NCBI GenBank assembly: GCA_963767925.1
Contig: CAVYGB010000002.1
Coordinates: 2,144,001-2,208,000 of the forward strand
Length of the DNA: 64,000 bases
Reading direction: 5' to 3'
DNA from: an uncultured delta proteobacterium
Lineage (GTDB): Bacteria > Myxococcota_A > Polyangia > Fen-1088
Shown here in pieces: positions 17,952 to 26,046 of the stretch (position 1 is its first letter; each line of letters opens with the position of its first letter). The notes below the pieces were generated by a model, which was not told the origin of the DNA, did no database searches, and saw only the letters and a program-made list of their open reading frames with translations. Position numbers and translations under genes: made by a program.

Positions 17952-18299
17952 TCAGGCAGTCTGCTCCCGTCGCTTGGTCATTCCAGTCAGCTCGTCCTGA
18001 TAGGTAACAAAGGCGGAATAGTTCATCGCGGCGAGGCGGTGCCTGGTGAACGGCACCATCTGTCCAGGGTCGTTGCTGCCCAGCGTCCGGCTGTTGCTGT
18101 GCCAATGTCTTTTTCACGTCGGCGCGGTGGGCGGCGGAAATTCGTCGAGCAACTTGCCGCTCGATCCTTCGGAAATAACACCGTCGATGGTGACGTGCGG
18201 AAGGGGCGAAGCCGTGCGGTAGCGCTCGCTCAGCGTTCCTGTCAGAGACTGAAGGACGGCCGTGTCGAGCCAGAAGCCGTCGCCAAAGGTGGGGGTCAT
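17952..18299 (-). pseudogene. Degraded 2OG-Fe(II) oxygenase-like gene
   Basis: YRTASPLPHVTIDG..LLDEFP, in-frame TGA at 18114-18116 (probably former TGG), continues ..NYSAFVTYQDELTGM then decays. Confidence 0.55.
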
Positions 18300-18419
18300 T
18301 TGGGCCGCCCGCGAATCAGGACACGCTTCCGTTGGTCATGTATCACAGCCGCCCGGAGGTGCGCTCGCCGCGGTTTGCGGCAGGAAGTTCAGCGCCGCCC
18401 GCTTGTAGATTCACGAAGC

Positions 18420-19469
18420 TTGAGCGCCGCGGCCGCCTGGTGGTCCCACACAGAGAACGTGCACATTGCGAGCTACCGGCTGCGCTGCCTCCGTATCGTC
18501 ACGGCTCTGCGCGTACGCGGCGTTGAGGTCGGGCTTTATCGTGCGGCCGACGAAGTCCCGCCCCGCTGCCTGGTACTCACGAAGCGCTATGATCCAGGCT
18601 CCATGCAGGAGGCGATCTCTCTGCGCAAGCGCGCCGGGACGCGGCTCGTGCTCGACCTGTGTGACAACCATTTCAATTTCGAAAGCGACGACCCTGCGCT
18701 ACACCTAAGGGCCGCGACGCTGCGCGAGGCGGTGCGCGCGGTGGATCAAGTCGTGGCGTCGTCGCCAGCACTGGCCGAAGTCATAGAGTCCGAGTGCGGC
18801 GCGGGGGTGCCGGTCGGCGTGATTCCCGACGTGGCCGAGCCGCCGTTCGTGCCGACGCGCCTCGCGCGCTCGGAGCATCCGATAGCCGAGCAGCAGCTGT
18901 GGCGCCTGGCAATGAGCTTGCGGCGCAGTGGGATACCGCGGGAGCGCCGGCTACTCTGGTTCGGGAACCATGGTTCCGTCGGGGTGAACGGTGGCATGAC
19001 CGATCTCCTTCGCATCTGTGAGGCCCTGCATGATGCCCACTGCGTGCGGCCGCTATCACTGACGGTCATCAGCAACGATGAGGCGAAGTTCCAGGCCGTC
19101 ACCCAGGGCTGGGCACTGCCGGCGTATTACCTGCCGTGGCACCCCCAGACCTTCTCCCGGATTGCGCGCCTGCACAGTGCGGTCGTGGTTCCCATCAGCG
19201 TGAACCCCTTCACCCAGTGCAAGACCAACAACCGGCCCGCCACGGGGTTTCTGCACGGCCTCAACGTCGTCGCCGACGCCATCCCCAGCTACCAGGAGTT
19301 CTCCGACTGCGCCGTGCTCGACGACTGGAGGCGCGGGCTGGGCGACTACCTCGACGATTTGCCCCGTCGGACGGCGGACGTAGCTACCGGACAGCGGCTG
19401 CTCGCGCAACGTTACAGCCTCGACGTCGTGGCCGCCCAGTGGCACGCGTTGGTAGCCCCGGACGCCTAG
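18420..19469 (+). CDS. GT-B (GT4-like) glycosyltransferase
   Basis: IASYRLR, LVLDLCDNHF, LLWFGNHG, KTNNR, GLNVVADAIPSY; the track N-terminal extension (17730-18419) is antisense to the pseudogene; start approximate. Confidence 0.7.
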   Translation: MSAAAAWWSHTENVHIASYRLRCLRIVTALRVRGVEVGLYRAADEVPPRCLVLTKRYDPGSMQEAISLRKRAGTRLVLDLCDNHFNFESDDPALHLRAATLREAVRAVDQVVASSPALAEVIESECGAGVPVGVIPDVAEPPFVPTRLARSEHPIAEQQLWRLAMSLRRSGIPRERRLLWFGNHGSVGVNGGMTDLLRICEALHDAHCVRPLSLTVISNDEAKFQAVTQGWALPAYYLPWHPQTFSRIARLHSAVVVPISVNPFTQCKTNNRPATGFLHGLNVVADAIPSYQEFSDCAVLDDWRRGLGDYLDDLPRRTADVATGQRLLAQRYSLDVVAAQWHALVAPDA

Positions 19470-19713
19470 AACGGCGAACGGTTTGAAAGGGCCTGACCGT
19501 CGTACGCCAAGATCCCGGCGACGACCGAGCTGGCGATGTACCCCGCGGTCAATAGCTCCTGTCCATGGAGCGTGGGGTTACCGGTCGGTTTTGCCCCGCC
19601 GCCAATGTCCAGGGGTGCGACGATGATGTCACTTAGCGCTCTTTGATCAGAACCGCTTCCCATCGGGACCTGCGGCAATTGCCCCGCCCCGCCACCCCGC
19701 CGCCTCCTCTTCC

Positions 19714-20061
19714 TCACCTCGGCGGGTCGAGGTGGGCGGTGGCGATGCGCTTGGGGACGACCATGCGCCAGGCGTCGGTGACGAGCTTGTGCATCTCGAC
19801 CCGGTCGATGGCGTCAACGTGGACGCAGACCCAGTTGAAGCGCAGGTCCGACGGCTCGGGCAGGTGGAACTTGGTGGGGTCGCCCTCCACGAGCTCGGTG
19901 CGCCACTCCTTGGGGAAGGCGAAGCCCATGGTCTTCTTGTCGAGGGAGAACGCCACGTAGACGATCTGGCCGACCCGGAACTTGACCCTTCCGCGGATGA
20001 GGTGTTCCTCGGTCCTCGGCAACGACATCGCCAGGCGGCGCACGTCGTGGATCGTCACCAT
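19714..20061 (-). CDS. MmcQ/YjbR-family protein
   Basis: VRRLAMSLPRTEE, KFRVG, LVTDAWRMVVPK. Confidence 0.8.
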   Translation of the reverse strand: MVTIHDVRRLAMSLPRTEEHLIRGRVKFRVGQIVYVAFSLDKKTMGFAFPKEWRTELVEGDPTKFHLPEPSDLRFNWVCVHVDAIDRVEMHKLVTDAWRMVVPKRIATAHLDPPR

Positions 20062-20116
20062 GTCGGCGACGGAGATGTACCACCCGGCGGTGGAGCCGTC
20101 ACGCCGATCGGCGCGG

Positions 20117-21463
20117 TCACCCGGCGTGCCAGCGGTAGACGACGCAGCTTCGTTGCGGGTCGCCCGGGGTGTACAGCACGGTGACGGGGTCGCCGGCGAC
20201 CCAGCGGCGGGTGGCGGGGTCGGCGCAGGTCAGCTGGTGGCGGTAGCGCTGGCCCTCGACGTCGAATTCGTAGGTGATCTCGGCGGTGGTGCTGTCGACT
20301 TTCAGGATGCGTCCGGTGGTTGCGAGGCCGTCCCGGAACAGGGGGGCCAGGGATTTGCGGCGACGGAGGCTGGAGACGCCGAGGATGATGGGGACGATGC
20401 CCAGGCTCACCAGGCCCATCATCGTGTAGAGAGCGGCCCGGCCGAGGACCGACCAGGGGCCGCGACCTTCGGGGGACAGGCGGCCGTCGAGGGTGTCCAT
20501 GAGGTTGGCGTAGACGTCGGCCAGGGGCCCGCCTGGATCGCGCGGGGTGGCGCCCATTTCGACCGGCTGCGGGCGGGGCTCGCCTCGGGCCATCGGGAGG
20601 GCCGGGAGGGTCGCGCCCAGCGGGGCCAGGGCGCGTGGTTCGCCCTCGGACAGCAGCAGGCGCCGGGCGGCTCGAGCGGTGGCGGGGCGATCGCGGGGCG
20701 CGGGGGCCAGCAGGGTGTCGATGGTCCGGCGCAGGGATGGGCGGACGTCGATCTCGGGCGGTAGGGTGAGGCGGCCGGTCTCGAAGGAGAGCTCGGTCGG
20801 CTCGCGTCCGGTGAGCAGGTGCAGCAGGGTCACGCCCAGGGCGTACAGGTCGCTGGCCGGGGACACCTGGCCCAGCAGCTGTTCCGGCGGCATGTAGCCG
20901 AACGTGCCGGAGACCGTCGAGCCGCCCTGGATGGGGCGGCCGCCCTGACCGACGCCGCCGAAGTCCACCAGGGCGGGCGCGCCCGACGGACGCAGGACGA
21001 TGTTCGACGGTTTGATGTCCCGATGGAACACCGGGGGGCGGCGCTCGTGCAGGTACTCGAGCACCTCCAGCAGCGCCAGGGCCAGGTCGGTGGTCTCGAG
21101 GTCGTCGAAGGTCCGCCCGGCGCGCAGCTCGTCCCGCAGCGAGGGTCCCTCGATGAGCTCCATCACGAGATAGAGGGCCAGCTTGCCCTCGTCGTCCTGG
21201 CCTTCGAAGTGGCGATAGATCTCGGGCACGCCCTGGTGGCGCAGGGTGGCCAGCACCCGGGCCTCGCGCTCGAACAGCTCCACCGGTTTCCAATCACCGG
21301 CGCCCTGCACCCGGAGCTGTTTCACCGCCACGGGGCGCTCGTCCTGCTGGAGGTCCACGCAGGCCAGCGTGCGGGCGAAGGTGCCCTGGCCCAGCACACG
21401 TGTCGGCCGGTAGCGGCCATCGATGAGCGCGGGGAGCGGCTGGGGCGGGGCCGGGTCAGTCAT
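20117..21463 (-). CDS. Ser/Thr protein kinase with C-terminal TM region
   Basis: LGQGTFA, VAVK, HRDIKPSN, DFG, GTFGYMPPEQ, SDLYALG. Confidence 0.92.
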   Translation of the reverse strand: MTDPAPPQPLPALIDGRYRPTRVLGQGTFARTLACVDLQQDERPVAVKQLRVQGAGDWKPVELFEREARVLATLRHQGVPEIYRHFEGQDDEGKLALYLVMELIEGPSLRDELRAGRTFDDLETTDLALALLEVLEYLHERRPPVFHRDIKPSNIVLRPSGAPALVDFGGVGQGGRPIQGGSTVSGTFGYMPPEQLLGQVSPASDLYALGVTLLHLLTGREPTELSFETGRLTLPPEIDVRPSLRRTIDTLLAPAPRDRPATARAARRLLLSEGEPRALAPLGATLPALPMARGEPRPQPVEMGATPRDPGGPLADVYANLMDTLDGRLSPEGRGPWSVLGRAALYTMMGLVSLGIVPIILGVSSLRRRKSLAPLFRDGLATTGRILKVDSTTAEITYEFDVEGQRYRHQLTCADPATRRWVAGDPVTVLYTPGDPQRSCVVYRWHAG

Positions 21464-21519
21464 GGCTCCCGGGCCGGGGGCGAGCGGGTGGGGGTGGGGG
21501 TCCGCTCCCGAGCAAACCC

Positions 21520-22638
21520 CTAGAAATCCAGCAACACGACGCCGAGCAGGTCCTGCGGCGACACCTGGTCGAGGGCGTAGCGCAGGGTCTTCGCGCGGGA
21601 GCGATCCGCGCGGGCGACGAAGATGAGGCCGTCGACGGCGTCCTCCAGGAGGGGGATGTCGGGGCCGGCGCTCACCGACGGCGCGTCGATGACGATGTAG
21701 TCGTAGGCGCCGCGGAGGCTGTCGAGGCAGTGGGCGAAGGTGCCGCCTTCGAGGGCGCGGAGTTTTTTCGAGGTGGGGTCGACGGCGAGGAGGTGGAGGT
21801 CGTAGGTGGACAGCTCGGTGACTTTCCAGGGGGCGAGGAAGTCCTTCTTGTGCTGTTCGAGCTGCTCGAAGAAGCAGGGGTGTTTGGTGAGGCCGAAGAT
21901 GGAGGCGAGGGCGGGCTGGTAGGCGTTGGCTTCCAGCAGGAGGACGCGGGAGCGGCGGACTTCGGCGAGGGAGAGGGCGAGGTTGACGGCGCAGAAGGTC
22001 TTGCCTTCGCGGCGGGTGGCGCTGGTGACGGCGACGACCCGGGGTTCGCCGCGGTCGGCGAGGCGGTGGCGGAGGGAGCGGATCGACGCGGCCTGGGGGA
22101 GGAGCTTGTTGTTGAGGAGGACCAGGGGCCACTTGAGGTCGGAGGGTACCGTGTGGCGGAAGGCGGCGATCTCGGCGGCGGGGACGCTGGGGCGGTCCTT
22201 GCGGCCGCGGGGGGTGCTGGGCAGGGAGGGGATGAGGGCGGCGTTGTCGGCGCGCCCGCGCGACTGCACCACCAGCGATTGGGGGCGATCGGGGGAAGGG
22301 TCGGCCTTGGGGGCGGCGCCCATCAGGACGGTCTCGCGGCTGAGGACGCGGGGCGGGTCGGGCAGGGCGGTCAAGACGCCCGAGCGGTCCTGGGAGCTGT
22401 CGCCCTCCGAGCTGGGGGTCTCGCGCCGGCGCTGGCCGGGCAGGACGGTCACCGGGGGCAGGCCGATGCGGGTGCGGGAGGCGGAGGCGTTCTTGACCGG
22501 GGGGTCGTCCTCGCTCCTGGAGGCGGCGGCGGTCGAGCTGGCGCTCTTCACCGCTTCCATGTAGGTCGGCGTCCGGCGCCGGGGCGCCTCTGCGTCGGGT
22601 TTGTCGGCCTTGGTGCCGGAGGGAGGCTGCTTAGTCAC
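21520..22638 (-). CDS. CpsD/CapB-like BY-kinase domain protein with low-complexity N-terminus
   Basis: IRSLRHRL, VTSATRREGKT, VNLALSLA, YDYIVIDAP, LGVVL. Confidence 0.8.
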   Translation of the reverse strand: MTKQPPSGTKADKPDAEAPRRRTPTYMEAVKSASSTAAASRSEDDPPVKNASASRTRIGLPPVTVLPGQRRRETPSSEGDSSQDRSGVLTALPDPPRVLSRETVLMGAAPKADPSPDRPQSLVVQSRGRADNAALIPSLPSTPRGRKDRPSVPAAEIAAFRHTVPSDLKWPLVLLNNKLLPQAASIRSLRHRLADRGEPRVVAVTSATRREGKTFCAVNLALSLAEVRRSRVLLLEANAYQPALASIFGLTKHPCFFEQLEQHKKDFLAPWKVTELSTYDLHLLAVDPTSKKLRALEGGTFAHCLDSLRGAYDYIVIDAPSVSAGPDIPLLEDAVDGLIFVARADRSRAKTLRYALDQVSPQDLLGVVLLDF

Positions 22639-24010
22639 TGGAGCTCCGGTATTTGCGAGGTACGGGCGGAACGACCGCGAGCACGTTGGCCCCGCCGAGC
22701 TGCAACACGTCCATGCGATCGAAGATGCGGTCGCTCGCGGTGGCGCGCGCCAGGGCGGCCCCGGCGGCCAGCATGCAGGCGAGGACGAAGCCGACCATGG
22801 CGGAGCGCCGGCGCCGGCTCTGTAGCGGCGAGCCGGGCAGGGTGGCGGGGTCGTGGATGGTCAGCTTGAGCAGGTTGCCGCTGGTCTCCATCTGCTCTTG
22901 CACGCCGAGCTTGAGGCGCTTGTCCTCCAGCTTGTTGAGGCGCTCGCGCGACTGGCCGAGCTGCTCGCGCAGGCTGTTGAGCGGCACCTCGAGCTGCAGC
23001 AGCTTGGGGTTGCGGGCGCGCGGGCTACGCTGCACCCGGATCTGACCGAGCTGGCTGTTGAGGGAGGCGATCTGGGCGTCGATGGGGCTCTGACCCTCGG
23101 CGCCCGGGGTGGGCGGCACCCGCTCGATCATGGCGTTGATGCGCCCGACGTCGGCCTCGGCGCCCTTCACCTTCGACTGGGCGCTCACCACGTCGGGGTG
23201 GGCCTCGGTCTTGGTGGCGAGCATCTCGGCCAGCTCGAGGCGCCGCTTGTCCCGCTCCGCCTCGGCCATGCGCTTGCGCTCGAACAGCTCGGTCAGCGAG
23301 CTCGAGCCGGGGGTCTTTTGCCCGGCGGCCCGCTCGCGCTTGAGGTTGTCGATCTCCCGCTGGATCACCAGGGCGGTGGGGTCGGCCGCCGCCGGGGCCT
23401 GCTCCTGCAACATCCCCACCTGGGGGTGCTTGGCGAGAAAATCGTTGAGTGCCTGCTCGCTGCGCAGGACCTCCTCCTGGAGCTGGCGGCGTTCGGAGTC
23501 GAGCAGCTCGCGCGACTCCTTGAGGCCCTTGCCCCGGTCACGGTCGTGATCGGCGACCAGCGACTGGGTCATGTCGGCCAGCACGACCTGGGCCTGCTGG
23601 GGTGAGAAGCCGGTGTACCGCACCGAGAAGGTCCCACCTGCCCCGACCTGGAAGTCGGTGCGCTTCTTCACCTCCTCGAGGGCCGCCTGCGGGGTGTACT
23701 CCGGGAACAGCTCGTGCTTCTGGATCACCGCTCGCAAGCGATCGCCACTCATCAACATTCCCTTGAGGCGCGCGCCGGCCTGGGACGGGTCGAGCGTCCC
23801 GCCCATCTCGCGGGTGGGTCCCTCGGCGAACATGAGCACGGCCTCGGACATGTACGGCTGCCAGGTCTGCCGGGCGAAGGCCAGGGTGGCGGCGACGCCG
23901 AGCACGAACACCACGGTGGCCGAGCGCCAGAAGCGCAGGGCCCGTCGCGCCAGGTAGACCATGGGAGGAGGCCCCCCCTCACCCGAGCCGGCTGAGTCTC
24001 CAAAAGTCAT
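22631..24010 (-). CDS. Polysaccharide co-polymerase (Wzz/GumC-like)
   Basis: N-terminal TM, coiled coil with TEAHPDV, DPATLP before C-terminal TM, VLAVVP. Confidence 0.8.
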   Translation of the reverse strand: MTFGDSAGSGEGGPPPMVYLARRALRFWRSATVVFVLGVAATLAFARQTWQPYMSEAVLMFAEGPTREMGGTLDPSQAGARLKGMLMSGDRLRAVIQKHELFPEYTPQAALEEVKKRTDFQVGAGGTFSVRYTGFSPQQAQVVLADMTQSLVADHDRDRGKGLKESRELLDSERRQLQEEVLRSEQALNDFLAKHPQVGMLQEQAPAAADPTALVIQREIDNLKRERAAGQKTPGSSSLTELFERKRMAEAERDKRRLELAEMLATKTEAHPDVVSAQSKVKGAEADVGRINAMIERVPPTPGAEGQSPIDAQIASLNSQLGQIRVQRSPRARNPKLLQLEVPLNSLREQLGQSRERLNKLEDKRLKLGVQEQMETSGNLLKLTIHDPATLPGSPLQSRRRRSAMVGFVLACMLAAGAALARATASDRIFDRMDVLQLGGANVLAVVPPVPRKYRSSSD

Positions 24011-24077
24011 GTGAACAACCCCGTAATAATAACGTCTGTTCCCCGAAACTTCTCGCAGACCGCGATTTCGCTGGGTT

Positions 24078-25067
24078 TTACGCCCGGGCCCCCCCCTCCA
24101 GACGTCCCAGGGTAGGGATTCCCAGACGGCGGATGTCCTCGACGCTCTCTATGAAGGGTGTAAACGCCCCCACCAGCAGGATCATCACCGGCAGCGCCAG
24201 CAGGAACCCCACCAGGGCCACGGTGAGGAGCAAGGGGACCAGCGGCAAGGGTGGATCCACCCGGGATTCGGCGATCTCGTAGTCGATGCCCGGCCGGCTG
24301 GTCTCCTCGCGCAGTCGGCGCTCGGCGTCCCGCAGCTCGCTGTCCAGCCGCCCGGCCCGCCGTTGCGCTTCGGTGACGGCGTCGTCGAGGGCCAGGAAGC
24401 TCGCGTCGGAGTCCTTTCCACTGCCGCGCAAGGGGGTCGCGGCCCGCAGCGCCTGGATGTTGAGGGCCTCGTACAGGGCGCGGGCGTCCTTGAGGGACAA
24501 CCTGGCCTGGACAACCTCCTGTTCGGCCTCGCCCCGACGCCGGCGGGTGCTGGCCTCGACGATGGGGGCGGTCAGCGAGCTGACGACGCCGACCGCCTGC
24601 TCGGCGAAGGGCGACTCGTAGGTGAGCACCACGTAAGCCGAGCGCGGCGTCTTGGTGTCCTCCTGGAGCACGATCCGGTTGCGCACGATCGAGACCCCCA
24701 GGGCGTCGCGCAGGCGTTCCACGCCGCGGGCCGGGTTGGGGTTGGTGTCGCCGGCGCGCAGGTACCGGTTGTAGACGTCGAGCAACACCGCGTGGGTCAG
24801 CGCCACCCGGGTCACCCGATCCAGCAGCTCGAGGTTGGTCCACTGGCTGCGGGGGAGCTGGAAGTCGACCACCTCGGTCAGCCGGATCGAGGTCACGGCG
24901 ACGTGATTGTGGGGTGCCTGCCAGGCGAACAGGACCGCCCCCAGGGTGGCGGCGGCGGTCGCCGCCAGCACCAGGCCGGCGCGCCGGCGCGCCCGGTGCA
25001 GCAGGCGGGCGACCTCGCTGCGCAGGGCGAAATACCCCGGTTCGCTCTCGGTCCATGACCCGGCCAT
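24078..25067 (-). CDS. Second, shorter Wzz/GumC-like membrane protein
   Basis: Two TM segments flanking a coiled coil; C-terminal EDIRRLGIPTLG. Confidence 0.65.
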   Translation of the reverse strand: MAGSWTESEPGYFALRSEVARLLHRARRRAGLVLAATAAATLGAVLFAWQAPHNHVAVTSIRLTEVVDFQLPRSQWTNLELLDRVTRVALTHAVLLDVYNRYLRAGDTNPNPARGVERLRDALGVSIVRNRIVLQEDTKTPRSAYVVLTYESPFAEQAVGVVSSLTAPIVEASTRRRRGEAEQEVVQARLSLKDARALYEALNIQALRAATPLRGSGKDSDASFLALDDAVTEAQRRAGRLDSELRDAERRLREETSRPGIDYEIAESRVDPPLPLVPLLLTVALVGFLLALPVMILLVGAFTPFIESVEDIRRLGIPTLGRLEGGARA

Positions 25068-25199
25068 TGGCCCATCTCAGCATAGGTTCCCGGCGCCCCC
25101 GGATCCAGTCGGTCGAGCGGCTGCAAATCCAGCGCGTCTCGGGGCCCTGGCGCCTGTTGACCTGAGGTGGGCTTTGAGGGTCAAGTACCCCCTTCACCC

Positions 25200-25952
25200 A
25201 TGAACAATCCAGCAGACGCAGTCACGCAATCACCCCGACGGGTCAAGCTAAAAAAGCTTCTGAAGATCGGGCTGGCCGTGGGCATCGTGGTGGGCATCGG
25301 GCTCCAGTTCGTCCCGGTGGAGGGGATCGGCGTCAACCCTCCCGCACGTTACAAGATCGATGCGCCCCCGGAGGTGCTGGCGATCCTCAAGGAGTCGTGC
25401 TTCGACTGCCACTCCAACGAGACGGCGTGGCCGCTCTACGCCCGCATCGCCCCCGGCTCGTGGCTGATGGCGCGCGATGTGCGCAAGGGTCGCAGCCGCC
25501 TCAACATGTCGGAGTGGGGTGAGACCGACGAGGAGGAGCGCACGCTCGACCGCGAGTCGTCCTGGGACGAGATCCAGGAGGGGGAGATGCCCCCCTGGTT
25601 CTACCTGCCGATGCACCCCTCGGCCCGCCTCGACGACAAGGAGAAGGCCATCCTGAAGGAATGGATGCTGAAGAAGCGGCCGGCCGAGCCGGCGGTGGCC
25701 GTCCCCGCCGAGGGGACCACCGACACGCCGCCGGTCGAGGGCGCCGCCGCCGTGGCGGGCGCTGCCCTCGCCGGTGGTGCCGCCAGCAAGGCGGCCGCCG
25801 GCCCGAAGGCGGGCGCGAGCAAGAAGCAGGGCAAGGCTCGCCCGGGCAAGCAGCCGCTGCGCCGGCGTGCCAAGGCCGGCCGCCCCTCCACCAAGTCGAA
25901 GCAGAAGGCCGCCGTTCGCGCGCGCGGCAACCGCCCCCGACCCAACCGCTGA
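25200..25952 (+). CDS. Heme-binding (c-type) domain protein with basic C-terminal tail
   Basis: N-terminal TM, SCFDCHSN (CxxCH), EMPPWFYLPMHPSARL. Confidence 0.85.
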   Translation: MNNPADAVTQSPRRVKLKKLLKIGLAVGIVVGIGLQFVPVEGIGVNPPARYKIDAPPEVLAILKESCFDCHSNETAWPLYARIAPGSWLMARDVRKGRSRLNMSEWGETDEEERTLDRESSWDEIQEGEMPPWFYLPMHPSARLDDKEKAILKEWMLKKRPAEPAVAVPAEGTTDTPPVEGAAAVAGAALAGGAASKAAAGPKAGASKKQGKARPGKQPLRRRAKAGRPSTKSKQKAAVRARGNRPRPNR

Positions 25953-26046
25953 GCGGCCCACCCGGCCCGACCCGCCCGCACCCGGACGTCCCCAGAAGTC
26001 CGGGGCGGCGGCGCAGCGCTCGCGGTAGCATGATCAACGTCGCTTG

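Noticed and set aside
17730..18419. N-terminal 230 aa of the 579-aa ORF
   Set aside because: Arg/Gly-rich and non-protein-like; it overlaps the minus-strand oxygenase pseudogene
19466..19717. 83-aa minus ORF or an att site at the island boundary
   Set aside because: No recognisable motif, tRNA or direct repeat found by eye
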